A stretch of DNA of 64,000 bases, from the NCBI GenBank assembly GCA_963664435.2, contig CAXXKM010000001.1, forward strand, positions 384,001-448,000. Direction: 5' to 3'. Below, in pieces: positions 1-12,166 of the stretch. This DNA is from Longimicrobiales bacterium (GTDB taxonomy: Bacteria; Gemmatimonadota; Gemmatimonadetes; Longimicrobiales; Gaopeijiaceae). The translations under genes were made by a program, and so were the position numbers. The notes under the pieces were generated by a model. The model ran no database searches, was not told the DNA's origin, and saw only the letters and a program-made list of their open reading frames with translations. Each line of letters begins with the position of its first letter. Position 1 is the stretch's first letter.

Positions 1-862
1 GCACAAGGGCGTGAACCCGGACGAGGTCGTGGGCATCGGCGCGTCCATCCAGGGCGGCGTTCTGGCCGGCGAGGTCAAGGACGTGCTCCTGCTGGACGTC
101 ATTCCCCTGTCGCTCGGGATCGAGACCCTGGGCGGGATCATGACGCCGCTGATCGAGCGCAACACCACCATCCCGACGCGCAAGTCGGAGGTGTTCTCGA
201 CCGCGCAGGACAACCAGACCACGGTGGAGATCCACGTGCTGCAGGGCGAGCGCAAGATGGCTCTCGACAACAAGACCATCGGCAAGTTCCAGCTCACCGG
301 CATCCCCCCGGCCCCGCGCGGCATGCCGCAGGTGGAGGTGACCTTCGACATCGACGCCAACGGAATCCTGAACGTCTCGGCGAAGGACCGCGCCACCGGC
401 AAGGAGCAGAAGATCCGCATCGAGGCCTCGAGCGGGCTCTCGGACGCCGAGATCGACCGCATGGTGCGCGACGCCGAGAAGCACGCCCGGGAGGACGAGG
501 AACAGAAGGAGAAGATCGAGGCGCGCAACCACCTCGATTCCCTGGTCTACCAGGTCGAGAAGGACACCGGCGAGTGGGGCGACAAGGTCGGCGAGGGCAC
601 GCGCGAGCGGCTCGACGAGGCGCTGTCGAAGGCGAAGGACGCGCTCAAGGGCGACGACCTCGCGACCCTCAACTCGGCCCGCGACGAGCTGATGCAGGCC
701 TTCAGCGCGGCCGGCCAGGAGATGTACCAGGCGCAGGCCGCGGAGGCCGGCGCGGCCGAGGATGCGACCGAGGAAGAGGCGGGGGACGCAACCGGAAACG
801 GGGCGGCCGATGACGACGACGTCATGGAGGCCGACTACGAGATCGTCGACGAGGAGAAGTAA
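1..862 (+). CDS. dnaK: Chaperone DnaK, C-terminal part (5' end outside window)
   Basis: [46 protein letters not shown], acidic tail [11 protein letters not shown]. Confidence 0.98.
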   Translation, partial: HKGVNPDEVVGIGASIQGGVLAGEVKDVLLLDVIPLSLGIETLGGIMTPLIERNTTIPTRKSEVFSTAQDNQTTVEIHVLQGERKMALDNKTIGKFQLTGIPPAPRGMPQVEVTFDIDANGILNVSAKDRATGKEQKIRIEASSGLSDAEIDRMVRDAEKHAREDEEQKEKIEARNHLDSLVYQVEKDTGEWGDKVGEGTRERLDEALSKAKDALKGDDLATLNSARDELMQAFSAAGQEMYQAQAAEAGAAEDATEEEAGDATGNGAADDDDVMEADYEIVDEEK

Positions 863-1038
863 CCCCTCGCGGGCGTCGGGGACGCGTCGCGCCGGGCCAT
901 GTCCCCGCCGGGACAACTCTGGCGCGGCGCGGCGCATCGAAAGGGCGCGCACAGACAAGGAGAAACCGGTGGCGCCGGGATGGGTAGCAGCAGTCAGCAT
1001 CCCTCGCCCCGGCTGCAAGAATACCAAGGAGGCCAGGC

Positions 1039-2580
1039 ATGTTCGATCCCCTGAAAACCAAGATGAAGGTTCTCTTCTACGTCGCCCTCGCGTTCCTGGT
1101 CGGCGTGGGCGTCGCCTCGGGGCTGGGATGGACCGAGGACGCGGTCGCGACCCCCGCGATCTCGGCAGCTCCCCAGGTCCCCGCCGAGGCGGTTCAGCCG
1201 GCGCGCGACCTGAGCGAGTCGTTCGTTCGGGTAGCCGAGGTGGTCACCCCCGCGGTGGTGAGCATTACCACCCGCCGCATGGCGCGAGCCACAGCCAACG
1301 ACCCGTTCCGCAACTGGTTCGGCACGCCGGACCCGGAGCCTCGTGGCGGAAGCGGCAGCGGGTTCCTGGTCTCCAGCGACGGCTACATCCTGACCAACAA
1401 CCACGTGGTCGAGGACGCCGACGCCATCACGGTCCAGCTGGAGGATCGGCGCACCTACGAGGCGACCGTAGTCGGGGGTGATCCCACCACCGACGTCGCG
1501 GTGATCAAGGTGGAGGGTAGCGACCTGCCCACCGTCAGCCTGGGCGACTCCGACGGAGTGCGCGTGGGCGAGTGGGTGCTGGCGGTGGGCAACCCCGGCT
1601 TTCGGTCGGGCGGAGGACCGGGCGGGGCGACTTCCTTCAACCACACGGTGACGGCGGGTATCGTCAGCTTCAAGGGTCGGCCGCTGGGCATCATCGGCAA
1701 CGAGCTGCGCAGCGACCCCGAGTCCGAGGCGGCCGCCCAGTACGCGATCGAGGACTTCATCCAGACCGACGCGGTCATCAATCCCGGAAACTCCGGGGGG
1801 CCCATGGTCAACCTCGATGGGCAGGTGATCGGCATCAATTCCGCGATCGCCAGCCAGTCCGGCTATTTCCAGGGATACGGCTTCGCGATTCCGATCAGCC
1901 TTGCCCGCAGGGTGATGGAGGATCTGATCGAGTACCGCGCGGTGCGGCGCGCCTTCCTGGGCGTGCAGATCGGGCCGGTGGGGCCCGAGGACGCCGAAGT
2001 CTACCGGCTGCCCGAGGTGAGCGGCGCGCTGGTTCAGGACATCACGGAGGGCACGGCGGCCGAGGACGCGGGGCTGCAGCCGCAGGACGTGATCGTCGCA
2101 ATCGACGGCGACCCCGTCGACTACTCGAACCAGCTGCAGCAGCTGGTGGCGCGCAAGCGGCCGGGAGACCGGGTGCGCATCGCGTACTACCGCGACGGCG
2201 AGCGGCAGGAAACCGAGGTCCGGCTGGGTGAGTCTCCGCTGAACGAGACCACCACCGCCGCGGCGCCCGAGCGCACGACGCGAGCCGAGGAGAGGCTGGG
2301 CATCGAGGTCGTGGACAACAGCCCGGAGCTGGCCCGGCGCTATCAGTTCCGCATCGACGAGGGCGTGCTCATCAGCGGCGTCACCCGCATGGGTCCCGCT
2401 GAGCAGCGAGGCGTCCGGGCCGGCGACCTGCTTGTAGGCATCGACCGGCGGCAGGTGGAATCCGCGGATGAAGTCACGGAACTCCTGGCCGAAGTGGAGC
2501 CCGGGGAAATCGTCACGCTGGTCCTGGCCAACCCGGTCACCGGCAGGCAGCGCTTCACCAACATCCGCATGCCGGAGTGA
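1039..2580 (+). CDS. degP: DegP/HtrA (Do family) serine protease with two PDZ domains
   Basis: N-terminal TM/signal; triad motifs TNNHV, TTDVAV, QTDAVINPGNSGG; RBS AAGGAGG upstream. Confidence 0.93.
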   Translation: MFDPLKTKMKVLFYVALAFLVGVGVASGLGWTEDAVATPAISAAPQVPAEAVQPARDLSESFVRVAEVVTPAVVSITTRRMARATANDPFRNWFGTPDPEPRGGSGSGFLVSSDGYILTNNHVVEDADAITVQLEDRRTYEATVVGGDPTTDVAVIKVEGSDLPTVSLGDSDGVRVGEWVLAVGNPGFRSGGGPGGATSFNHTVTAGIVSFKGRPLGIIGNELRSDPESEAAAQYAIEDFIQTDAVINPGNSGGPMVNLDGQVIGINSAIASQSGYFQGYGFAIPISLARRVMEDLIEYRAVRRAFLGVQIGPVGPEDAEVYRLPEVSGALVQDITEGTAAEDAGLQPQDVIVAIDGDPVDYSNQLQQLVARKRPGDRVRIAYYRDGERQETEVRLGESPLNETTTAAAPERTTRAEERLGIEVVDNSPELARRYQFRIDEGVLISGVTRMGPAEQRGVRAGDLLVGIDRRQVESADEVTELLAEVEPGEIVTLVLANPVTGRQRFTNIRMPE

Positions 2581-2606
2581 CTCTTCCGGCGGAGAGGGGG
2601 CTGCGG

Positions 2607-2650
2607 GGACGGGCGGCGGAAGCGGTCGGGAACCGCTTTCCCGCCCGTCC
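2607..2650 (+). terminator. GC-rich hairpin after degP, possible terminator
   Basis: GGACGGGCGG...CCGCCCGTCC inverted repeat with inner AAGCGG/CCGCTT stem; no immediate U-tract. Confidence 0.4.
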
Positions 2651-2769
2651 GGCACCTGGCTTCCTCCCGTCTCTGTTGTAGTCCCACCGGCCGCTCGCTT
2701 ATCTTTTTGAGTTTGTGCCATGCTCCGGGGATGTTGCGGAGGGGAGCTCCGCCCGGACCCGGGTGCCGC

Positions 2770-2852
2770 GCGAAAGTGGCGGAATTGGTAGACGCGCGGG
2801 ATTTAGGATCCCGTGGCCCCGGGCCGTGGGGGTTCGAGTCCCCCCTTTCGCA
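2770..2852 (+). tRNA. tRNA-Leu (anticodon TAG)
   Basis: Acceptor GCGAAAG/CTTTCGC, D-loop GGAATTGGTAGAC, anticodon arm CGGGA-TT-TAG-GA-TCCCG, long variable arm, GGTTCGAGTCC; CCA not encoded; usual position before tig. Confidence 0.97.
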
Positions 2853-2873
2853 TCTCCTCCCGACCGGAGTCAC

Positions 2874-4187
2874 ATGCCGCTCGAAGCGGACCCCCCTGAA
2901 CCAGCCATGACGAGCCTCGAACCGTTGACCATCGACCCGAAGCAGCTGCGCGTATCCGTGACCGAGGGCGAACGCTGGCGCCGCGAGCTCGCCATCACCG
3001 TTCCCGCCGACATCGTCGGCCGCGAACGCGCGCGCATCATGGGCGGCCTTTCCGGGCGCGTGCGCATTGCGGGCTTCCGCAAGGGCAGGATCCCGGCGAG
3101 GGTGCTCGAGCAGCGCTACGGGGCGGCCGTCGAGCAGGAGACGCTGGAGAAGCTCCTGAACGAAGCAACCCGGGCGGCCATCCGGAGCGAGCAGCTGCGG
3201 CCCATCAGCGATCCCGAAGTGGGCGCGGTGCGGAGCGAACCGGGCGCGGATCTCTTCTTCGAGATCTCGTTCGATGTCGAGCCCCGGATCGAGATCGAGC
3301 GCAGCGGCGGGTTCGTGGTGGAGATGCCGGCGGTCGCCGTCGGCGACGCGGACATCGACGCGGTCCTGCTCCGCCTGCGCCAGCAGAATGGCGCCTGGCG
3401 GCCGCTGGAGGATGGATTCCCGGAAGCGGGCAACGCGGTCTCGGTGAGCATCCTGCAGCTCGAACAGGAGGACGCCGAGGCCAGGGACTACGAGTTCATA
3501 CTGGGCGAGGGAGACGCGATTCCGGATGTGGAACGCGCCATCGAGCAGCTGGAAGTGGGAACGGAGGGCGACTTCGTGATCCAGTTCCCCGACGACTTCC
3601 CCAACGAGGAGCGGAGGGGCGAAGAGGAGCACCTGCGCATCCGGCTGGTCAGCCGCAAGGTTCTCGATCTCCCGGAACTGGACGACGACTTCGCCAGCAG
3701 CCTGGACTTCGACAGCCTTGGTGATCTCGAGGACAAGGTACGGGCGGACCTGGAGCAGAACGCCTCGGGCCAGGCCGAACAGGTGGTGCGGGCGCGCCTG
3801 ATGGAGTTCGTGCTGGAGGCGAACGCCTTCGACGCGCCCGGCTCGATGGTCGACCGGTACCTGGAGGCGGTGGCGCGAGACGGGCCGGAGGACGCGCCTC
3901 CCGAAAAGGTGGAGGAGATGAAGGCCGCCGTCCGTCCGCAGGCGGAGAGAGCGGTTCGCACCATGCTGGCGGTGGAGAGCCTGGCCCGGGCGAACGACCT
4001 GGTCGCCACGCCGCTGGAGGTGTCGGAGCGCATCGACGAGATCGCGCGCAGGAACGGTGTGAAGCCGGAAACCGTGGAGGCCCAGCTGCGCAGAAACGGG
4101 CGCATGGACTCGCTGGAGCGCGAGATGACCGAAGCGAAGGTGTTCGAATTCCTGAAGCAGCAGTCCGAGATCATCCAGGCCGGCTGA
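2874..4187 (+). CDS. tig: Trigger factor
   Basis: GFRKGRIP ribosome-binding motif, FKBP-like middle domain; ATG 2874 after GGAG; tig-clpP-clpX synteny. Confidence 0.93.
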   Translation: MPLEADPPEPAMTSLEPLTIDPKQLRVSVTEGERWRRELAITVPADIVGRERARIMGGLSGRVRIAGFRKGRIPARVLEQRYGAAVEQETLEKLLNEATRAAIRSEQLRPISDPEVGAVRSEPGADLFFEISFDVEPRIEIERSGGFVVEMPAVAVGDADIDAVLLRLRQQNGAWRPLEDGFPEAGNAVSVSILQLEQEDAEARDYEFILGEGDAIPDVERAIEQLEVGTEGDFVIQFPDDFPNEERRGEEEHLRIRLVSRKVLDLPELDDDFASSLDFDSLGDLEDKVRADLEQNASGQAEQVVRARLMEFVLEANAFDAPGSMVDRYLEAVARDGPEDAPPEKVEEMKAAVRPQAERAVRTMLAVESLARANDLVATPLEVSERIDEIARRNGVKPETVEAQLRRNGRMDSLEREMTEAKVFEFLKQQSEIIQAG

Positions 4188-4214
4188 GCCGGACCAACGG
4201 AGAACGAGAACCCG

Positions 4215-4835
4215 ATGCCTATTTTTCCCCCGTACGTCATCGAACGGACGAGCCGCGGAGAACGAAGCTACGACATCTTCAGCCGCCTGCTGATGGACCG
4301 CATCGTCTTCCTGGGCTCGCACATCGACGACAACGTGGCCAATGTCATCCTCGCTCAGCTTCTCTTTCTGGACGCGGAGGATCCCGAGCGGGACATTTAT
4401 CTGTATATCAACTCGCCGGGCGGAAGCGTCTATGCCGGGCTGGCCATCTTCGACACCATGCAGCACCTGAGGGCGCCGGTCTCCACCTACTGCGTGGGCA
4501 TGGCGGCTTCGATGGCCGCGATCCTGGTGGCCTCGGGAGCACCCGGCAAGCGGAGCGCCCTGCCCAACTCGCGCATCATGATCCACCAGCCGTCCACGGG
4601 GGCGCAGGGCACGGCAGCCGACATCGAGATCGCCGCCCGCGAGGTGCTGGACATCCGCGAGCGGCTCAACGGGATCCTTGCGGACTGCACCGGGCAGTCG
4701 GTCGACAAGATCGCGCAGGACGTGGACCGCGACCGCTTCATGAGCCCCGACGAGGCGCGCGACTACGGCCTGATCGACCGGGTGCTGGTGGGACGTGAAG
4801 AGGAAGCCGCGAGGGGCGTGCGCCTTGAGGAATAG
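4215..4835 (+). CDS. clpP: Clp protease proteolytic subunit
   Basis: [21 protein letters not shown], catalytic AASM and IMIHQP. Confidence 0.98.
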   Translation: MPIFPPYVIERTSRGERSYDIFSRLLMDRIVFLGSHIDDNVANVILAQLLFLDAEDPERDIYLYINSPGGSVYAGLAIFDTMQHLRAPVSTYCVGMAASMAAILVASGAPGKRSALPNSRIMIHQPSTGAQGTAADIEIAAREVLDIRERLNGILADCTGQSVDKIAQDVDRDRFMSPDEARDYGLIDRVLVGREEEAARGVRLEE

Positions 4836-4878
4836 AGAGACAGCCGGATCCTGAACACCCGCATCGCGGAGCAGACCC

Positions 4879-6132
<1,254 letters not shown>

Positions 6133-6220
6133 GCGCGCGGGACGGGCGCCGGCGGGACGCGCGTCCCGCGTCTTCGCGTCCGGGCGCGGGGGCGGCGGGC
6201 GGTCCAGGCCGCGAGAACCC

Positions 6221-6844
6221 ATGATCATTCGCAGCGTCGAGTTTGCGGGCAGCCACGTCGATCCCCGCGTGTCGGTCGCGCCCGAACTTCCCCACGTCGC
6301 CTTCTGGGGCCGTTCCAACGTGGGCAAGTCATCGCTCATCAACGTCCTGCTGCGGCGCACCCGCAAGAAGGTGGCGCGCGTGTCGGCGCGCCCGGGAAAG
6401 ACCCAGACCCTCAACTTCTACATCGTCAACCGCCGCTTCGTGCTGGTGGACCTGCCGGGATTCGGCTACGCCAAGGTCCCGCGCACCCTGCGCGAGAGCT
6501 GGCACCGGCTGGTGCGCCGGTATTTGAGGCGGAGCCGCGAGCTTGCCGGGGTGGTGCTCCTGGTCGACGCCCGCCGCGATCCCTCCCCCGGCGATCTGGC
6601 CGCCGTCGAGCTCCTGGCTGAGGTCGGCTTGCCCGCCCTGATCGTAGTCACCAAGATCGACAAGACGGGAAAGGGCGCGCGGGAGAAGCGGATCGCGCGG
6701 TTGCGCGAACGGCTCGCGGTGTCGGGGGACCAGTTGCTGGTGTCTTCGGCGCGCACCGGCGAGGGCCGGGAGGAGCTCCTCGGAGCGATCGCGGATCTGC
6801 TGGCAGCCGAGGGTGAGGGCACGGGAGGCTCGGACGGCCATTGA
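6221..6844 (+). CDS. engB: Ribosome biogenesis GTPase YihA/YsxC
   Basis: GRSNVGKSS, PGKT, DLPGFGY, TKID. Confidence 0.95.
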   Translation: MIIRSVEFAGSHVDPRVSVAPELPHVAFWGRSNVGKSSLINVLLRRTRKKVARVSARPGKTQTLNFYIVNRRFVLVDLPGFGYAKVPRTLRESWHRLVRRYLRRSRELAGVVLLVDARRDPSPGDLAAVELLAEVGLPALIVVTKIDKTGKGAREKRIARLRERLAVSGDQLLVSSARTGEGREELLGAIADLLAAEGEGTGGSDGH

Positions 6845-6867
6845 GGCTCAGGCCAGGAGGACAATCC

Positions 6868-7479
6868 ATGCGCGACCAGACGCTGGCAACCCGTGTCTTG
6901 CGGCGGATACCCGCGCTGGCGTGCCTTGCCGTGTTCGCGGCGCCGGCCGTCGCGCAGGAGGTCGAGGATGAGGATCTGGTTCCGGCCGGGTTCGGGACCC
7001 TCCTGCAGGACGAAGTCTCGCTTTCGCTTCGCTCCGAGGACCTGCTGATCAAGGCTACTCCGCTCGCCGAGGAGGTGACGCGCCTGACCGCCCCCGACAC
7101 CTACGCCCGCCTTTCGGCGTTGGCCGGGGTTCATCGCGAGACGCTCGAATTCCAGACCCGGTCGACCGACCCCGTGCTCTTCCTGGTCTCGGTGTTCAGC
7201 TACCAGCCCGACGTCACCTACCAGCCCGAGGACATCAACATCGTCAACCAGGGGATCCGCGAGCGGCCGCTGGCCATTCAGGCGATCACCCCGGGATGGG
7301 GCGTGCAGCGGCTGAACCAGCAGGAAACCCAGATGGCGATCTACGCCTTCAGCCCTTTCATCAACCTCGACCTCGACCTCGAGATCGAGTACAGGGACGC
7401 GCGCAACGCCGGCTGGCAGCGGATTCTGACGGTGCTGGAAGCCGAGCGCGCGAAGGTGCGGGCGCGGGCGGGGGGGTAG
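6868..7479 (+). CDS. Exported hypothetical protein
   Basis: AGGAGG RBS, signal peptide ending AVA-Q, coding-like composition; in-frame TTG at 6841 overlaps the engB stop. Confidence 0.75.
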   Translation: MRDQTLATRVLRRIPALACLAVFAAPAVAQEVEDEDLVPAGFGTLLQDEVSLSLRSEDLLIKATPLAEEVTRLTAPDTYARLSALAGVHRETLEFQTRSTDPVLFLVSVFSYQPDVTYQPEDINIVNQGIRERPLAIQAITPGWGVQRLNQQETQMAIYAFSPFINLDLDLEIEYRDARNAGWQRILTVLEAERAKVRARAGG

Positions 7480-7542
7480 TCGCTCACGGACGGACGAGAG
7501 GCAGAACCCGCCCCCGGGATCAGGACCCGGACGGACCGGGCG

Positions 7543-9347
<1,805 letters not shown>

Positions 9348-9351
<4 letters not shown>

Positions 9352-9881
9352 GGGGCTGCGGGGGTGCGGAGGGCGTGTGATCTGGAGGTGCCGCGCGAGA
9401 GCTCGACGGCGTGGTCGAGGACGGGATCGAGGACTTCGAGCCCGTCGCGCACGCCCCCGGTGCTGCCGGGGAAGTTGACGATCACCGTACCCCCCCGGAA
9501 GCCGGCCACGCCCCGCGACAGGTTGGAGTAGGGAGTCTTGAGCGCGCCCCGCGCCCGGAGCGCCTCGGCGAGGCCCGGAGCCTCTCCGTCGAGCACCGCG
9601 CAGGTGGCCTCGGGGGTTACGTCGCGGGCGGTGAAGCCGGTGCCCCCGGTGGTGAGGATCACGTCCGCGTCCAGGCGGTCGGACCAGTCGAGGAGAACCG
9701 GCACGATGGCCGCGGTCTCGTCCGGGACGACCGTACGCGCGACCACGTCGTACCCGCGCGCCCGGCACCACGACTCGATGGCGTCCCCGCTGGTGTCCGC
9801 GCGCTCGCCCCGGGAGGAGAGGTCGCTGGCGGTCAGGATGGCCACGGTCACGGGGCGGGGAGTTGTCGGGTCGCGGGTCAC
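9348..9881 (-). CDS. mog: MogA/MoaB molybdenum cofactor biosynthesis protein
   Basis: LTASD, DTSG, TTGGTGFTARDVTPEAT, SRGVAG, NFPGS. Confidence 0.9.
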
Positions 9882-9900
9882 CTCTCGGGCCTCCGTTTCG

Positions 9901-11010
9901 TCAGCGCCGGATCGAGCCGTGCCGGTAGAACGGGGGGCGGGCCACCACGGCGGGGATGTCCACCCGGCGGATGCGCACGGCCACCTGCGTGCCCGGGGCG
10001 GTGAGGGGGGTGGGGAGGTAGCCCATCGCGATCCCCTCCCCCAGCGACGGGCTCACCGTTCCGCTGGTGAGGATTCCCGCGACCTCGCCTTGCGCCACGA
10101 TCTCGTACCCGGGCCGCGGGAAGCCGCGTTCCACCAGACGCAGCCCGACGAGGCGGCGCGGGATTCCCTCGGCCTTCTGGCGCACCAGTGCGTCGCGGCC
10201 CGAGAAGTCCCCCTTCCCCGGCTTCACCACCCAGCCAAGCCCGGACTCGAGCGCGCTGTGCTCCTCGTCCAGATCGTTCCCGTAGAGGGCGTAGCCCATC
10301 TCGAGCCGCAGGGAATCCCGGGCGCCCAACCCCGCGGGCTCCAGGCCATCGGCGGCCCCGGCCTCGAGCAGCGCGCGCCAGACGCCCGCCGCGTCGCCGG
10401 CGTGCAGATACAGTTCGAAGCCGTCCTCGCCGGTATAGCCCGTGCGCGCCACCATCGCCGGCACGCCGGCGACATCGCCGGTGGTGAAGCGGTAGTAGCC
10501 CACCGCCTCCAGGTCCGCGCCGGTGAGACCGGCGAGGATGCCTGCGGCCGAAGGCCCCTGCAGCGCCAGCAGCGCCGTGCGGTCGGAAACGTCGTCTATC
10601 GCGCAGTCGAAGCGGGACGCATGGCGTGACACCCACGCCCAGTCCTTGTCGCGGTTGGCCGCGTTGACCACCAGCAGATAGCGGTCGTCGAAGCGATAGA
10701 CCAGCAGGTCGTCCAACACGCACCCGTTTTCGTCGCAGAGGGCGGAGTACTGCGCCTGTCCCACCTCCATGCGGCCGGCGTCGTTGGTGGTCAGCCACTG
10801 CACCAGCTCGAGGGCCCCGGCGCCGCTCACCTCGAATTCGCCCATGTGCGAGACATCGAAGAGACCCGCGCGCTCGCGCACGGCGTTGTGTTCCGCGCGG
10901 ATGCCCCGGCTGTACTGCACCGGCATCTCGTATCCCGCGAACGGAACCATCCTGCCGCCGGCCCGCAGGTGCTCCTCATGGAGCGGCGTGCGCGCGAGCC
11001 CGGCGCTCAT
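9901..11010 (-). CDS. gcvT: Glycine cleavage system aminomethyltransferase T
   Basis: GLFDVSHMGE, RTGYTGEDGFE, GLGARDSLRLEMG. Confidence 0.97.
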   Translation of the reverse strand: MSAGLARTPLHEEHLRAGGRMVPFAGYEMPVQYSRGIRAEHNAVRERAGLFDVSHMGEFEVSGAGALELVQWLTTNDAGRMEVGQAQYSALCDENGCVLDDLLVYRFDDRYLLVVNAANRDKDWAWVSRHASRFDCAIDDVSDRTALLALQGPSAAGILAGLTGADLEAVGYYRFTTGDVAGVPAMVARTGYTGEDGFELYLHAGDAAGVWRALLEAGAADGLEPAGLGARDSLRLEMGYALYGNDLDEEHSALESGLGWVVKPGKGDFSGRDALVRQKAEGIPRRLVGLRLVERGFPRPGYEIVAQGEVAGILTSGTVSPSLGEGIAMGYLPTPLTAPGTQVAVRIRRVDIPAVVARPPFYRHGSIRR

Positions 11011-11060
11011 GGGGTTCCTCCGCCGGTGATGGTCCCCCGCCCCTCGTCAAAGACTCCCGC

Positions 11061-11111
11061 CCCGGTCATTGGCTTCCAGCTCCGGTCATTGGCTTCCCTG
11101 CTCCGGTCATT
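11061..11111. repeat. ~20-21 bp tandem repeat x2.5 spanning the argF stop
   Basis: CCGGTCATTGGCTTCC twice plus a third CCGGTCATT. Confidence 0.85.
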
Positions 11112-12033
11112 CATCATCATCTTCTCCCAGGAGCGCGATCAGAAGCGCCTTCTGGGTGTGCAGCCGGTTCTCGGCCTCCCGGAAAACGCGCGAACGGGGG
11201 CCTTCGAGGACGGCCTCCGCGACCTCCTCACCGCGGTGCGCGGGAAGGCAATGCAGGAAGATCGCCCGTCTGGAGGCCCGCGCCATAAGCGCGTCGTCCA
11301 CGGAATAGCCTGAAAAGGCGTCGCGGCGGGCATCCGCTTCGCCCTCCTGCCCCATCGAAGCCCACACGTCGGTGCTGACCACATCCGCGCCCTCCGCGGC
11401 CTCATGCGGCGACCGGGTGAGGCGCACGGATGCGGCCCCGCGGGCGCGCGCCACAATCTCGGGGTCCGGATCGAAGCCCGGGGGACAGGCCAGCGCCAGC
11501 TCGAAGCCGAGAATGGACGCGGCGTTCAGCCAGGAGTTGGCCATGTTGTTGCCGTCGCCGATCCAGGCGACCCGAATCCCGTCGAATTCCGGCCCGAACT
11601 CCTCCTGCATGGTCATCAGATCGGCGAGCAGCTGACACGGGTGCAGGAGGTCGGTGAGGCCGTTGATGACCGGAATCGGCGCCCAGCGCGCAAGCTGCTC
11701 GACCTCCTCCTGATCGAACGTGCGGATCATGATGCCGTCCACGTAGCGCCCCAGGACGCGTGCGGTGTCGGCGAGCGGCTCGTCGCGTCCGATCTGCGTG
11801 TCCACGGCGGAGAGGAAGAGCGCCTGCCCGCCCAGCTGGACCATGCCCACCTCGAACGCCACCCGGGTGCGCGTCGAGTTCTTTCGGAAGACCATCGCCA
11901 GGGATTTGCCCCGCAGCGGCGCGCCTGCGCCCCCTCCCGCCTTCAGGCGCCGGGCGTGCTCGAGCAACGACATCAACTCGTCGCGGGAGAGATCGTTGAG
12001 CGAAAGAAAGTCCTTCTTGCGGGCTCGGATCAT
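11107..12033 (-). CDS. argF: Ornithine carbamoyltransferase
   Basis: STRTR, HPCQ, DVWASMGQE, HCLP; start placed at MIRARKKDFL (12123 is an alternative). Confidence 0.96.
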   Translation of the reverse strand: MIRARKKDFLSLNDLSRDELMSLLEHARRLKAGGGAGAPLRGKSLAMVFRKNSTRTRVAFEVGMVQLGGQALFLSAVDTQIGRDEPLADTARVLGRYVDGIMIRTFDQEEVEQLARWAPIPVINGLTDLLHPCQLLADLMTMQEEFGPEFDGIRVAWIGDGNNMANSWLNAASILGFELALACPPGFDPDPEIVARARGAASVRLTRSPHEAAEGADVVSTDVWASMGQEGEADARRDAFSGYSVDDALMARASRRAIFLHCLPAHRGEEVAEAVLEGPRSRVFREAENRLHTQKALLIALLGEDDDE

Positions 12034-12166
12034 GGGTTCGGGGAAGGCGATCTTCCGGTCGGCGGCGGGGTGAAGGGTGGCTGCCCGAGTCTGGGCGACG
12101 ACCCCGCAGGGGTCGTTGACCATAGTATCATCGCGCAGGGCGTCATAGTATCACCGAGCGCATGGC

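Noticed and set aside
2770..2852. tRNA-Leu as an integration site
   Set aside because: Followed directly by tig; I saw no duplicated 3' end or integrase.
11011..11106. Glycine riboswitch upstream of gcvT
   Set aside because: The gap is 96 nt, about half of it tandem repeat, and I found no aptamer consensus.
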